Origin: Gemmatimonadales bacterium
Lineage (GTDB): Bacteria > Gemmatimonadota > Gemmatimonadetes > Gemmatimonadales > GWC2-71-9
Direction of reading: 5' to 3'
Length of the DNA stretch: 64,000 nucleotides
NCBI GenBank assembly: GCA_041741375.1
Contig: JBGSKF010000020.1
Span: forward strand, 7,889 to 71,888
Part shown: one piece after another, positions 16,192 through 24,902 of the stretch
Layout: each line of letters opens with the position of its first letter
Position numbering within the stretch: the first letter of the stretch is position 1
Position numbers and translations under genes: made by a program
The notes under the pieces: generated by a model
Databases searched by the model: none
The model's input: only the letters and a program-made list of their open reading frames with translations
What the model was told of the DNA's origin: nothing

Positions 16192-17429
16192 CGGTGCACA
16201 CCCGCCGGTCGGAGTGCCGGATCTGCCAGCACACCCTGCCGGCTCCTTTCCTCTCCCTGGGACCCACTCCCCTGGCCAACAGCTTCCTCCGCCGTCTCGA
16301 GGAGGCCACCGGGGAGCGCTCGTTCCCCCTGGATGTCGCCTTGTGTGGCGAGTGTGGATTGGTTCAGCTTCTGGATGTCATTGATCCTGAGGTCCTTTTC
16401 CGGGACTATATCTACGTGTCTGGCACCTCCACGACGATGTCCGACCACCTCGAAGCCTACGCGCGGGATGTCACCTCGCGCCTCTCGCTCGGCCCGAACG
16501 ACCTCGTGGTGGAAATCGCCAGCAACGATGGAACGCTGCTCCGGCATTTTCGCGAGGCCGGGATCCGGACCCTCGGCGTCGAGCCGGCCCGAAACATCGC
16601 GGCGATCGCCCGGGAACGCGGCATCGAGACGGTGGAGGAGTTCTTCGACTCCCGCGTGGGCGGCCATCTGCGGGACATCCACGGGCCCGCACGGGCGGTG
16701 CTCGCCAACAACGTGCTGGCCCACGTGGACGATCCGCGCGACTTCCTGCGCGGTGCCGCCGACCTCCTGGCGCCCGATGGCATGGTGGTCATCGAAGTCC
16801 CCTCCCTGGCTGAACTCGTGGCCCGTCTCGAGTACGACACGATCTACCACGAGCATCTGTCCTACTTCTCGATCACCGCTCTCTGCCGTCTCTGCGATGC
16901 CGTCGGGCTGCGAGTGGTTCACGTGGAGCAGGTTCCGGTGCATGGGGGGAGTCTGCGGGTCTATGCCGCGCTCCCCCACGGGCACGACGCTCACGCCGTC
17001 GAGGTGTGCCGCCTTGCCGACGAGGAGGTGGCGGTCGGCCTGACGTCGGCAAACCGCTTCGCCGCTCTGGCGCGTGACGTGCAGGCCCACCGCGAGGCCC
17101 TGCGGACCCTCCTGCAGGACCTCGCATCCCAAGGGGCAACCCTGGCGGCCTACGGGGCACCGGCCAAGGGGAACACCCTGCTCAACTATTGCCACCTCGA
17201 CTCCGAGTTGCTCCCCTTCACGGTGGATCGCTCTCCCCTCAAGGTGGGCACCTGGACGCCCGGGATGCACCTGCCGGTCCGCGCCGTGGAGGACCTCGAT
17301 CTGGTGCAGCCGGAGTACATCCTGATTCTGGCCTGGAATGTCGCGGAGGAGATCATGGCCCAATTGCCGCAACACCGTCACCGGGGGGGGCGGTTCATTC
17401 TCCCGATCCCGCATCCCCGGATCGTGTGA
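16188..17429 (+). CDS. NDP-hexose C-methyltransferase (TylCIII-like; zinc ribbon + class I MTase + C-methyltransferase C-domain)
   Basis: ORF 15942..17429 is trimmed to ATG 16188 (ATGA overlap). Motifs: CRICQHT..CGECGLVQL, FRDYIYVSGTS, VVEIASNDGTLL, VHGGSLRVYA. Confidence 0.8.
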   Translation: MTVHTRRSECRICQHTLPAPFLSLGPTPLANSFLRRLEEATGERSFPLDVALCGECGLVQLLDVIDPEVLFRDYIYVSGTSTTMSDHLEAYARDVTSRLSLGPNDLVVEIASNDGTLLRHFREAGIRTLGVEPARNIAAIARERGIETVEEFFDSRVGGHLRDIHGPARAVLANNVLAHVDDPRDFLRGAADLLAPDGMVVIEVPSLAELVARLEYDTIYHEHLSYFSITALCRLCDAVGLRVVHVEQVPVHGGSLRVYAALPHGHDAHAVEVCRLADEEVAVGLTSANRFAALARDVQAHREALRTLLQDLASQGATLAAYGAPAKGNTLLNYCHLDSELLPFTVDRSPLKVGTWTPGMHLPVRAVEDLDLVQPEYILILAWNVAEEIMAQLPQHRHRGGRFILPIPHPRIV

Positions 17430-17431
17430 CG

Positions 17432-18202
17432 ATGCGCGTCGTCATTCTGGCCGGCGGGAGGGGCACCCGTCTCGCGGAGGAGTCCACCACCAGACCGAAG
17501 CCGATGGTCGAGATCGGGGGACGTCCCATTCTCTGGCACATTCTCCAGCTCTACGCGCGTCACGGTCATCGGGATTTCGTCGTGGCCTGCGGATATCGGG
17601 GAGAGGTGATCAAGGAGTACTTCCATGGCTACGCGATCCAGAACAGCGATTTCACCATCGACCTGGCGAGCGGGGCCACGGAGATCCTGTCCCGTCCCGC
17701 CGAGGGGTGGCGCGTCAGCGTGATCGACACCGGATTGGACACCATGACGGCGGGCCGCATTCGTCGCCTGCGGGCCCACCTTGGTGAGGAACCCTTCATG
17801 GTGACCTATGGGGACGGTCTGGGCAGCATCGACATCTCGGCGCTGCTGGCCTTTCACCGGGCGCAGGGGAGACTGGCCACCGTCACGGCGGTGCGCCCGC
17901 CCGCGCGCTTCGGCGATCTCCTCCTGTCGGGCGGCGCGGTGACGGCCTTCACCGAAAAGCCCCAGACCGGAGCCGGGTGGATCAATGGAGGTTTCTTCGT
18001 TTTCGAGCCGGGCGTTTTCGATTACCTGACCGGTGACGACGTGAGCCTGGAACGGGAGCCGCTGGAGCGGTTGGCAGCCGATGGTCAGTTGTCCGCCTTC
18101 GAGCATCACGGCTTCTGGCAGCCGATGGACACGCTGCGGGAGAAGCAGCTTCTGGAGCAGCTCTGGGCCTCGGGGCGAGCGCCCTGGATGGTGACACCAT
18201 GA
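17432..18202 (+). CDS. rfbF: Glucose-1-phosphate cytidylyltransferase
   Basis: ORF 17189..18202 is trimmed to ATG 17432. MRVVILAGGRGTRLAEESTTRPKPMVEIGGRPILWHILQLYARHGHRDFVVACGYRGEVIKEYF is the canonical RfbF N-terminus. Confidence 0.85.
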   Translation: MRVVILAGGRGTRLAEESTTRPKPMVEIGGRPILWHILQLYARHGHRDFVVACGYRGEVIKEYFHGYAIQNSDFTIDLASGATEILSRPAEGWRVSVIDTGLDTMTAGRIRRLRAHLGEEPFMVTYGDGLGSIDISALLAFHRAQGRLATVTAVRPPARFGDLLLSGGAVTAFTEKPQTGAGWINGGFFVFEPGVFDYLTGDDVSLEREPLERLAADGQLSAFEHHGFWQPMDTLREKQLLEQLWASGRAPWMVTP

Positions 18203-19194
18203 GCAGCACGGGCTGGGATCACCGCCGGGTGTTCGTCACCGGCGCCACCGGCCTCCTCGGGAGTGCGATGACCGAGGAGCTGGTGCACCGCGGAGCCGAG
18301 GTGACCATTCTCCTCCGGGACTGGGTCCCGGCGAGTCGCCTGGTCCGCACCGGACTGCTGGAACGGGTTCAGGTGGTGCAGGGCACCCTGGAGGACGCCG
18401 ATACCGTGCTCCGCGCCATCAATGAGTACGAGATCGACACCGTGTTCCACCTCGGGGCACAAACCATCGTGGGCACGGCCTCGCGGTCGGTCCTGTCCAC
18501 GTTCGAGGCGAACATCCGTGGCACCTGGAACGTGATGGAAGCGTGCCGGATCTGTCAACGCCGGGTGGAGCGGGTGCTCGTGGCCTCCAGCGACAAGGCC
18601 TATGGGTCGCACGACCAGCTCCCCTACACGGAGGAGACTCCGCTGCAGGGCCGCTTCCCGTACGATGTTTCCAAGTCCTGCGCCGACCTCATCGCCCTGG
18701 CCTACTACCACACCTGGGGGGTGCCGGTGGCGGTCACCCGCTGCGGCAACCTCTACGGCCCGGGAGATCTCAACTACAACCGGCTGATCCCGGGCACGAT
18801 CCGATCAGTGCTGCGCGGGGAGGCCCCCGTGATCCGGAGTGACGGGACCTTCATTCGCGACTACTTCTCCGTGCGGGACGCGGTCACAGCCTATCTGGCT
18901 CTGGCCGACCGCATCCCCGGGGAGGGATTCACGGGGGAGGCCTTCAATTTCGGCAACGAGACACCGGTGTCGGTCGTCGAGGTGGTGGAGCGGATCCTGC
19001 GGCTCCTCGGACGGGAGGACCTGCACCCGGTGATCCTCAACAAAGCCACGCACGAGATACCCCGGCAGTTTCTCGACTGCACCAAGGCTCGAACACGCTT
19101 GGGATGGCGGCCCGATCATGACCTGGATACCGGCCTGCGGCACGCCATCGAGTGGTACAGAGATGCGTGGCCCGATCCCCCGCGCGGGCCATGA
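18199..19194 (+). CDS. rfbG: CDP-glucose 4,6-dehydratase-like extended SDR
   Basis: ATGA overlap with rfbF. Motifs: VFVTGATGLLGS, VFHLGAQTIV, SSDKAYG, PYDVSKSCADL, RCGNLYGPGDLNYNRLIPG. Adjacency to rfbF supports the CDP-hexose assignment. Confidence 0.65.
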   Translation: MSSTGWDHRRVFVTGATGLLGSAMTEELVHRGAEVTILLRDWVPASRLVRTGLLERVQVVQGTLEDADTVLRAINEYEIDTVFHLGAQTIVGTASRSVLSTFEANIRGTWNVMEACRICQRRVERVLVASSDKAYGSHDQLPYTEETPLQGRFPYDVSKSCADLIALAYYHTWGVPVAVTRCGNLYGPGDLNYNRLIPGTIRSVLRGEAPVIRSDGTFIRDYFSVRDAVTAYLALADRIPGEGFTGEAFNFGNETPVSVVEVVERILRLLGREDLHPVILNKATHEIPRQFLDCTKARTRLGWRPDHDLDTGLRHAIEWYRDAWPDPPRGP

Positions 19195-19787
19195 GCCATG
19201 AATCATCCGCGAGTGCCGCGCCGGGTCCCTTGTGCGTCGATCTCGATGGAACGCTGGTGGCCGGAGACCTGCTTGTCGAGTCCCTGCGGATGGTGGCGCG
19301 TTCCCCGCGGTTCCTCCTTGGGTGTCCCCTCCACCTGGCGCGGGGACGAGCCCCGTTCAAAGCCTGGGTGGCGCGCCAGGCCCTGCCCGATCTGGAACTC
19401 CTGCCGTGGCACCAACCATTTCTCGCGTGGCTTCGAAGCGCCCGGCAGACGGGCCGTCCCCTCCTCCTGGCCACCGCAGCCGATTCCCGGGTGGCCCACG
19501 CCGTGGCCGAGTTTCTCGGCCTCTTCGATGCCGTCCTGGCCTCGGATGGGGTCACCAATCTCAAGGGCCCCCGCAAGGCGGCTGCCTTGGAGGCCCGCTA
19601 TGGCAGCGGTCGGTACGTGTATGCGGGCAACAGTCGAGCCGACCTGCCGGTGTGGCGCTCTGCCGGGCATGCCGTGGTGGTCAACGCGTCCCCCCGGCTC
19701 CTCGCCCGGGTTCGGACCCTGGCCACGGTCGAGGCGGTGTTCCCACCCCCACCCCCGTCCCCCGGCCCTGATCCCATGAGGTCATGA
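19191..19787 (+). CDS. HAD-superfamily phosphatase (HAD-IB-like)
   Basis: ORF 19152..19787 is trimmed to ATG 19191 (ATGA overlap). Motifs: LCVDLDGTLV (DxDGT motif I), LLLATAAD, YAGNSRADLPV. Confidence 0.7.
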   Translation: MSHESSASAAPGPLCVDLDGTLVAGDLLVESLRMVARSPRFLLGCPLHLARGRAPFKAWVARQALPDLELLPWHQPFLAWLRSARQTGRPLLLATAADSRVAHAVAEFLGLFDAVLASDGVTNLKGPRKAAALEARYGSGRYVYAGNSRADLPVWRSAGHAVVVNASPRLLARVRTLATVEAVFPPPPPSPGPDPMRS

Positions 19788-19790
19788 TCC

Positions 19791-20498
19791 ATGAGCCGGC
19801 GAGTCCGATACTCTCTTTGGATCACGGTCCACAAGTGGACGGGAATCGGCATCGGGGCGGTGGTGATTGTCTGGGTCATCAGCACGTTCGCGCTGCTCCT
19901 CGATTCCAAATCGTCCGCACCACCTCCCGCTGCCGAGCGGTTGTCCACCCTGGTGATCTCGCCGGCGGAGGCCATTCGGCGCTCGGCGCCCCCCGAGGAT
20001 ACCTCTGAGGTCACCAGCCTCTCCCTCCAGTCACTCGGTGACCGGAGCGTCTGGCGGGTGCAACGCCGGGGGCGGCCCGCGGTCCTGGTGGACGGGGCGA
20101 CAGGCGATCCCGTCACCATCACGTCCGATCTGGCCGCAGTCGTCGCTCGCCACATGACATCTGAGGACGTCACCTCGGTGACATTCCAGGAGACGCATTC
20201 GGCCGACTATCCGGCGGGACGGATCCCCGTCTACCGCGTGGATCTGGCGGACGGCCGGTCCGCCTTCGTTGCCGCCGGTGACGGATCCGTGGTTGTTCGG
20301 CGCCGAGGATTCTGGTCCCGCACCCGGCTCGGCGACCTGCACACGTTCGACCCCATGCGCCTCCTGCCGCGGGGCAACGAGATCCGGGTGGGGTCGCTGC
20401 TCCTGACCGGAGCGATCTCCCTCCTGCTGTCGGTAACCGGATTTGTCCTCTGGTATCTGCGGCTCCGTCCGTTCCGACGCCGGAGGTCCATCCCATGA
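19791..20498 (+). CDS. PepSY-associated TM-helix protein
   Basis: N-terminal LWITVHKWTGIGIGAVVIVWVISTF, a central soluble domain, and C-terminal GDLHTF..GSLLLTGAISLLLSVTGFVLWY. Confidence 0.65.
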   Translation: MSRRVRYSLWITVHKWTGIGIGAVVIVWVISTFALLLDSKSSAPPPAAERLSTLVISPAEAIRRSAPPEDTSEVTSLSLQSLGDRSVWRVQRRGRPAVLVDGATGDPVTITSDLAAVVARHMTSEDVTSVTFQETHSADYPAGRIPVYRVDLADGRSAFVAAGDGSVVVRRRGFWSRTRLGDLHTFDPMRLLPRGNEIRVGSLLLTGAISLLLSVTGFVLWYLRLRPFRRRRSIP

Positions 20499-21214
20499 CT
20501 TACCGGGCCTGGTTTCAGGTGCACCGCTGGATCAGCGTGGGTCTCGGTCTGCTACTCGTGTTCTGGCTGGCCAGCGGCCTGGTCATGGTCCTGCCGATGC
20601 CCGGCCTCTTCTACCGTGGGCCAGGAACCTCGGGTGTGACTCCGCCCTTCCACGACTATGCGATGGCCCCGGCGACCGCGGCCAATCGCGCCGGACACAT
20701 CGCCGGCGAGCCCCCGGTGGGGATCGCCTGGGAGCGTGTGCGGGATGAAATGGTGTACGTGGTGCGCTTCGCGGGGCATCCTCCGGTGGTCCTGGACGCG
20801 GCCACCGGAGCACGGGTGCGGCTGACACCGGAGCTCGCCGAGGCCATCGCCCGTGATGTGCTGGGCCCGGAGGTACCGCTCCGACGGATCGACACCGTGA
20901 CTCGCGAGCACACGGCCTACGCCTACGGCGAGCGGCCGGCCTGGCGGCTCCGGTTCCGCGATCGGAATGGTACAGTGGCCTATGTGAGTCAAGCCACGGG
21001 GGCGGTGCATTTCACCACCCGGGACAGCCGCTTCAAGACCTGGGCAGCCGAGTGGCATCTGGGTCGTCCCCTCGCCTATGATGGCGCGCCGGAGTTCTGG
21101 CGTCACTTTGCGGTCTGGAGCACCGGGCTCATCACCCTGGTGGGCCTCGTGGCGGGAGTCGTTCTGGTGCTCCCCCGACGCTGGTTGCGTGAGCGTGCTC
21201 GGACCTCGGACTGA
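20495..21214 (+). CDS. PepSY-associated TM-helix protein (paralog)
   Basis: ATGA overlap. AWFQVHRWISVGLGLLLVFWLASGL..WHLGRP..WSTGLITLVGLVAGVVLV. Confidence 0.6.
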   Translation: MTYRAWFQVHRWISVGLGLLLVFWLASGLVMVLPMPGLFYRGPGTSGVTPPFHDYAMAPATAANRAGHIAGEPPVGIAWERVRDEMVYVVRFAGHPPVVLDAATGARVRLTPELAEAIARDVLGPEVPLRRIDTVTREHTAYAYGERPAWRLRFRDRNGTVAYVSQATGAVHFTTRDSRFKTWAAEWHLGRPLAYDGAPEFWRHFAVWSTGLITLVGLVAGVVLVLPRRWLRERARTSD

Positions 21215-21287
21215 CCAGGGACCGATCATCTCTGCTCAATGTCCGCTCACGGAGGAGCAATCAACCACGCTCTCGGATCCTGCCCGT

Positions 21288-22355
21288 ATGGAGACGCAGG
21301 GCATGGAACTTGCCCCTCGACACCATTTCACTCACCGACGAATCGCCATGGTTCCCCCGCTCGCCCAGCCGCATGTGTGCGTGGTCTGTCACGGACCACT
21401 CAACCCCCTCCGCCGGTATCGTTGCGACGGTGGACGGGGACGTACCCTGTTCGGTGGAGCCCATGTGAGCCGGTGTGCGGAATGTCTGCTGGTCCAGGTC
21501 ACGACGCTGCCGAGTGCCGATCAACTCGAGGCCTATTACGCGCAGGCCTCTCGCTCGGGCGATCGTCATGGGGCCGAGGAGGCGAATCTTTCGACCTTTC
21601 CCCGCGACAACCTCTTCTTCCATCATCGCGGTCACGCGGTGGTGGACCTGGTGTCCTCCCACCTGCCGGTCCCCCTGGACCGCCCGCTCCGGGTGCTCGA
21701 TGCGGGGGCCGGCTTCGGGCACACGCTGGCAGCCGTAGCCGAACGATACCCCACTGCCACGCGGGAGGCCCTGGAGATTTCCGGGGTCTGCATCGATCAT
21801 CTGCGCGCCCACGGCGTGGAGGTGCATGCCCGGACCATCGAGGCGTGGGCCGACGACCGCACGACCGAGGGCGAGGAGGCCGGGTACGACCTCATCATCC
21901 TGTCGCACGTGCTGGAACATGTCCGTGACCCTCGCCGGGCCTTGACGCTCCTTGGATCCCGGCTCCGGGCCGGCGGGCTTCTCTTTGTCGAGGTTCCCCA
22001 CATCCCCCTGGAGACCCTGGAGAAGTACCCCGACCATCCTTGGGCCCCGCGCTGGGACGAACCTCACCTCACGTTCTTTTCTCGCCCCGCCCTGACCTAC
22101 CTCGTCCGCGTGACCGGATTCGACCCCGTGCACCTCGGAGCAGCAGGACCAGCCTATCGCCCCATTTCTGCGCTCCGGTACCGCACACCTCCCTTGCGCA
22201 CCATCGCCCTGCGCGCCCTGCCGGCGCCCCTGGTTCGGTTTCTTCGGCGTCGGACGGTGATCCGCCCCCTCCAGACCTTCGCCGCGCGAGAGCCCTTCTC
22301 CCGCCAGGCCCCCGACGGCATCTGGTTGCGGGCCCTGCTGCGGCGCCCCTCGTGA
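21288..22355 (+). CDS. Class I SAM-dependent methyltransferase with N-terminal Cys-rich region
   Basis: ORF 21078..22355. The start is uncertain (ATG 21288, 21303 or 21348). Motifs: VCVVCHG..CAEC, LRVLDAGAGFGHTL, YDLIILSHVLEHVRDP, GGLLFVEVP. Confidence 0.75.
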   Translation: METQGMELAPRHHFTHRRIAMVPPLAQPHVCVVCHGPLNPLRRYRCDGGRGRTLFGGAHVSRCAECLLVQVTTLPSADQLEAYYAQASRSGDRHGAEEANLSTFPRDNLFFHHRGHAVVDLVSSHLPVPLDRPLRVLDAGAGFGHTLAAVAERYPTATREALEISGVCIDHLRAHGVEVHARTIEAWADDRTTEGEEAGYDLIILSHVLEHVRDPRRALTLLGSRLRAGGLLFVEVPHIPLETLEKYPDHPWAPRWDEPHLTFFSRPALTYLVRVTGFDPVHLGAAGPAYRPISALRYRTPPLRTIALRALPAPLVRFLRRRTVIRPLQTFAAREPFSRQAPDGIWLRALLRRPS

Positions 22356-24013
22356 CCCGTCTCCCGGCGTCCCGAGGGTACACCCTCCCGATCGTGCTGG
22401 CGGGCGCCGGAGCTCTTCTTCCGCCCACGGCACTGGCCTCCTGGCTCCGCGGCGGCGAATCGCTCCCGTCAGCCACCGTGGTCCTGGGCCTGTGGCTCTT
22501 CAAGGGACTCCTGATTCTGCACGGGGTGGCGGCGCTCGTCCTTCCCCGCCTGCTGCCTCACCCGTCGGCTCGGGAAGAGGCCGAGGGGACCGTGCCATGG
22601 CGCTGGCTGCTTGCCCTGGTTCTCGGGGGTGTCGCGCTGCGCCTTCCGGGGCTCGGAGCCGGCCTCTGGTATGACGAGATCCAGACCCTGGTGCAATATG
22701 TCCGCCAGCCGATGGGAATGCTGGTCACCACGTTCGACAGCACCAACCAGCACCTCCTCTATTCGGTTCTGGCCCGGGTCTTTGTCCTGGTCGGGGGAGA
22801 ATCCGCGACCACCCTCCGGCTGCCGGCCGTGCTCCTCGGTGCGGCGAGCCTGGCGGCCCTCGTGGTATGGGGCCGGCGATGGCTCCCCCCGCGCGAGGGG
22901 TGGCTCGCGGCGATTCTCCTTCTCGTGTCCTACCACCACATCTGGTTTTCCCAGAATGCCCGTGGCTATACCGGGCTGCTGCTCGGCACACTCGCCGGGA
23001 CGAGCGTGTTTCTCGACCTCCTGCGCCGGCCGGGGACCCACCGACAGGTGTGGACCTACGCCGTCATCATGGCCCTGACTGTCCTGACCCATGTCACGGC
23101 CCTGGTTGTGGTGGCCGGACATGCCGCCGTGTGGCTCTGGCAGATCCGGGCACTCGAGCGAGGGCCTCACCGGTGGGGCCCCCTCGCGGCCTTGGCGCTC
23201 TCCGGAAGCCTGGCCCTGCTCTTCTACGGCCCGGTGCTTCCGCAGTTTGTCGCGACGCTCACCACGCCGAATCCCGATCCGGTCGCGCCGCAGTGGAAAG
23301 AGGCCGGCTGGTTCGTGCGTGAGGCGATCGGGACACTGGTGCGGGGCGTTCCGGCGGGAGCCCTGGTGGTGCCGGTCGGACTGGGCATCGGCGTCGCCGG
23401 CGTGGTGAGTTCCTGGCGACACGACCGGGTGGCCACCGCTCTCATGCTCCTGCCGATGATGGGAATGGCGGCCCTCCTCACCGTGGCGGGGCACAACCTC
23501 TGGCCTCGATTCTTTTTCTTCGGGGCGGGGTTCGCCGTGCTCCTGGGGGTCCGAGGAACCTTCGCAACCCTCGCAGCGCTTCTTCCCGGGGCGGGCCCCC
23601 GGCTGGGTCAGACCCTCCTGGTCGGAGCGGCCCTGGCGAGCACGACCCTGCTGCCCCGGGCCTGGGCTCCGAAACAGGATTATGTCAGGGCCGCCGCCTG
23701 GATCGCCGAGAATCGCGCGGCGGGCGACGTCGTGGCCGTGACCGACATGACCTGGCTTCCCCTGACCCAATGGCTCGGTCGCGAATGGCCCCGCGTGGAC
23801 GAGGCCAACGCCCTCCGGATCCTGGAGCCCGATTCGGCCGCCACCTGGGTGCTCACCGCCTTCCCGATCCGGCTCGCCGCAGTGGCCCCCTCTCTGGAGG
23901 CCTATCTTGCAGAGCGCTATACCGCCGCGACGGTGATTCCCGGAACGGTCGGGGGTGGTGCGATCACCATTCATGTCCTTCGTCCTCCCGCTCGTGAGCC
24001 AGCCCATGATTGA
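22352..24013 (+). CDS. GT-C-fold membrane glycosyltransferase (family-39/ArnT-like)
   Basis: ORF 22040..24013 is trimmed to GTG 22352 (GTGA overlap). Motifs: LPGLGAGLWYDEIQTLVQY (first-loop DE motif), LRLPAVLLGAASLAALVVW, FSQNARGYT. The protein is polytopic. Confidence 0.75.
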   Translation: MTRLPASRGYTLPIVLAGAGALLPPTALASWLRGGESLPSATVVLGLWLFKGLLILHGVAALVLPRLLPHPSAREEAEGTVPWRWLLALVLGGVALRLPGLGAGLWYDEIQTLVQYVRQPMGMLVTTFDSTNQHLLYSVLARVFVLVGGESATTLRLPAVLLGAASLAALVVWGRRWLPPREGWLAAILLLVSYHHIWFSQNARGYTGLLLGTLAGTSVFLDLLRRPGTHRQVWTYAVIMALTVLTHVTALVVVAGHAAVWLWQIRALERGPHRWGPLAALALSGSLALLFYGPVLPQFVATLTTPNPDPVAPQWKEAGWFVREAIGTLVRGVPAGALVVPVGLGIGVAGVVSSWRHDRVATALMLLPMMGMAALLTVAGHNLWPRFFFFGAGFAVLLGVRGTFATLAALLPGAGPRLGQTLLVGAALASTTLLPRAWAPKQDYVRAAAWIAENRAAGDVVAVTDMTWLPLTQWLGREWPRVDEANALRILEPDSAATWVLTAFPIRLAAVAPSLEAYLAERYTAATVIPGTVGGGAITIHVLRPPAREPAHD

Positions 24014-24902
24014 AGCCCTGGTGGAAACCCTCGCGCCGCGGCCCGCACCCACGGCGGTGTCGGTCGTGGTCCCCGCCTACAACGAGGCGGCTCACATCGC
24101 CGCGGAGATGCGGACGCTGGCCACAGCGATGGAGAAGACGGGGTGGGAATGGGAGATCCTCGTCGTCGATGACGGATCCACCGATGGGACCGCCCAGGCG
24201 GCGGCGGCGGCTGGAGTACGGGTCCTGCGGAGAGAACAGAACCGGGGGTACGGCGCCGCCCTCAAGGCCGGAGTGCGCGCGGCGGCGCATCCCTGGATCC
24301 TCATCACCGACGCGGATGGGACCTATCCGGTCGAGGCGATTCCGGCGCTCCTCGCCGCGGCGGACACGAGCGACATGGTGGTGGGCGCCCGGACCGGAAC
24401 CACGGTCCGGATCCCTCTGGTTCGGCGACCGGCCAAGGCCTTTCTCCGGTGGCTCGCGAGTTATCTCGCCGGACGCCCCCTCCCCGACATCAATTCGGGG
24501 ATGCGGCTGATGCACCGCGCACTCATCGAGCGCTATGTCCACCTCCTTCCGGACGGCTTCTCGTTCACGACGACCATCACCCTGTCGGCGGCCTGCAACC
24601 ACCATCCGGTCACCTGGCACCCGATCGATTACCGGGCCCGGCTCGGCTCGAGCAAGATCCGGCCCCGCCATGCCTTCGACTTCACCCTGCTGATTCTCCG
24701 GGTCATCGTCGTGTTCAATCCGCTCCGGGTTTTTCTGCCCCTCGGGGCGCTCCTGGCGGTGGGAGGCGTGGCGAAGTTCGCCTACGACATCACGCGGGGC
24801 AATCTCTCCGAAAGCGCGGTTCTGGGAATCCTCGGGGCCCTGATCGTCTGGGCCATCGGGCTGCTGGCCGATCAGAGCGCGCGGGCGATGATGCGTCCAT
24901 GA
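24006..24902 (+). CDS. Glycosyltransferase family 2, DPM1/GtrB-like
   Basis: ORF 23955..24902 is trimmed to ATG 24006. Motifs: VSVVVPAYNEAAHI, ILVVDDGSTDGT, NRGYGAALKAG, ITDADGTYP. Two C-terminal TM helices. Confidence 0.85.
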   Translation: MIEALVETLAPRPAPTAVSVVVPAYNEAAHIAAEMRTLATAMEKTGWEWEILVVDDGSTDGTAQAAAAAGVRVLRREQNRGYGAALKAGVRAAAHPWILITDADGTYPVEAIPALLAAADTSDMVVGARTGTTVRIPLVRRPAKAFLRWLASYLAGRPLPDINSGMRLMHRALIERYVHLLPDGFSFTTTITLSAACNHHPVTWHPIDYRARLGSSKIRPRHAFDFTLLILRVIVVFNPLRVFLPLGALLAVGGVAKFAYDITRGNLSESAVLGILGALIVWAIGLLADQSARAMMRP

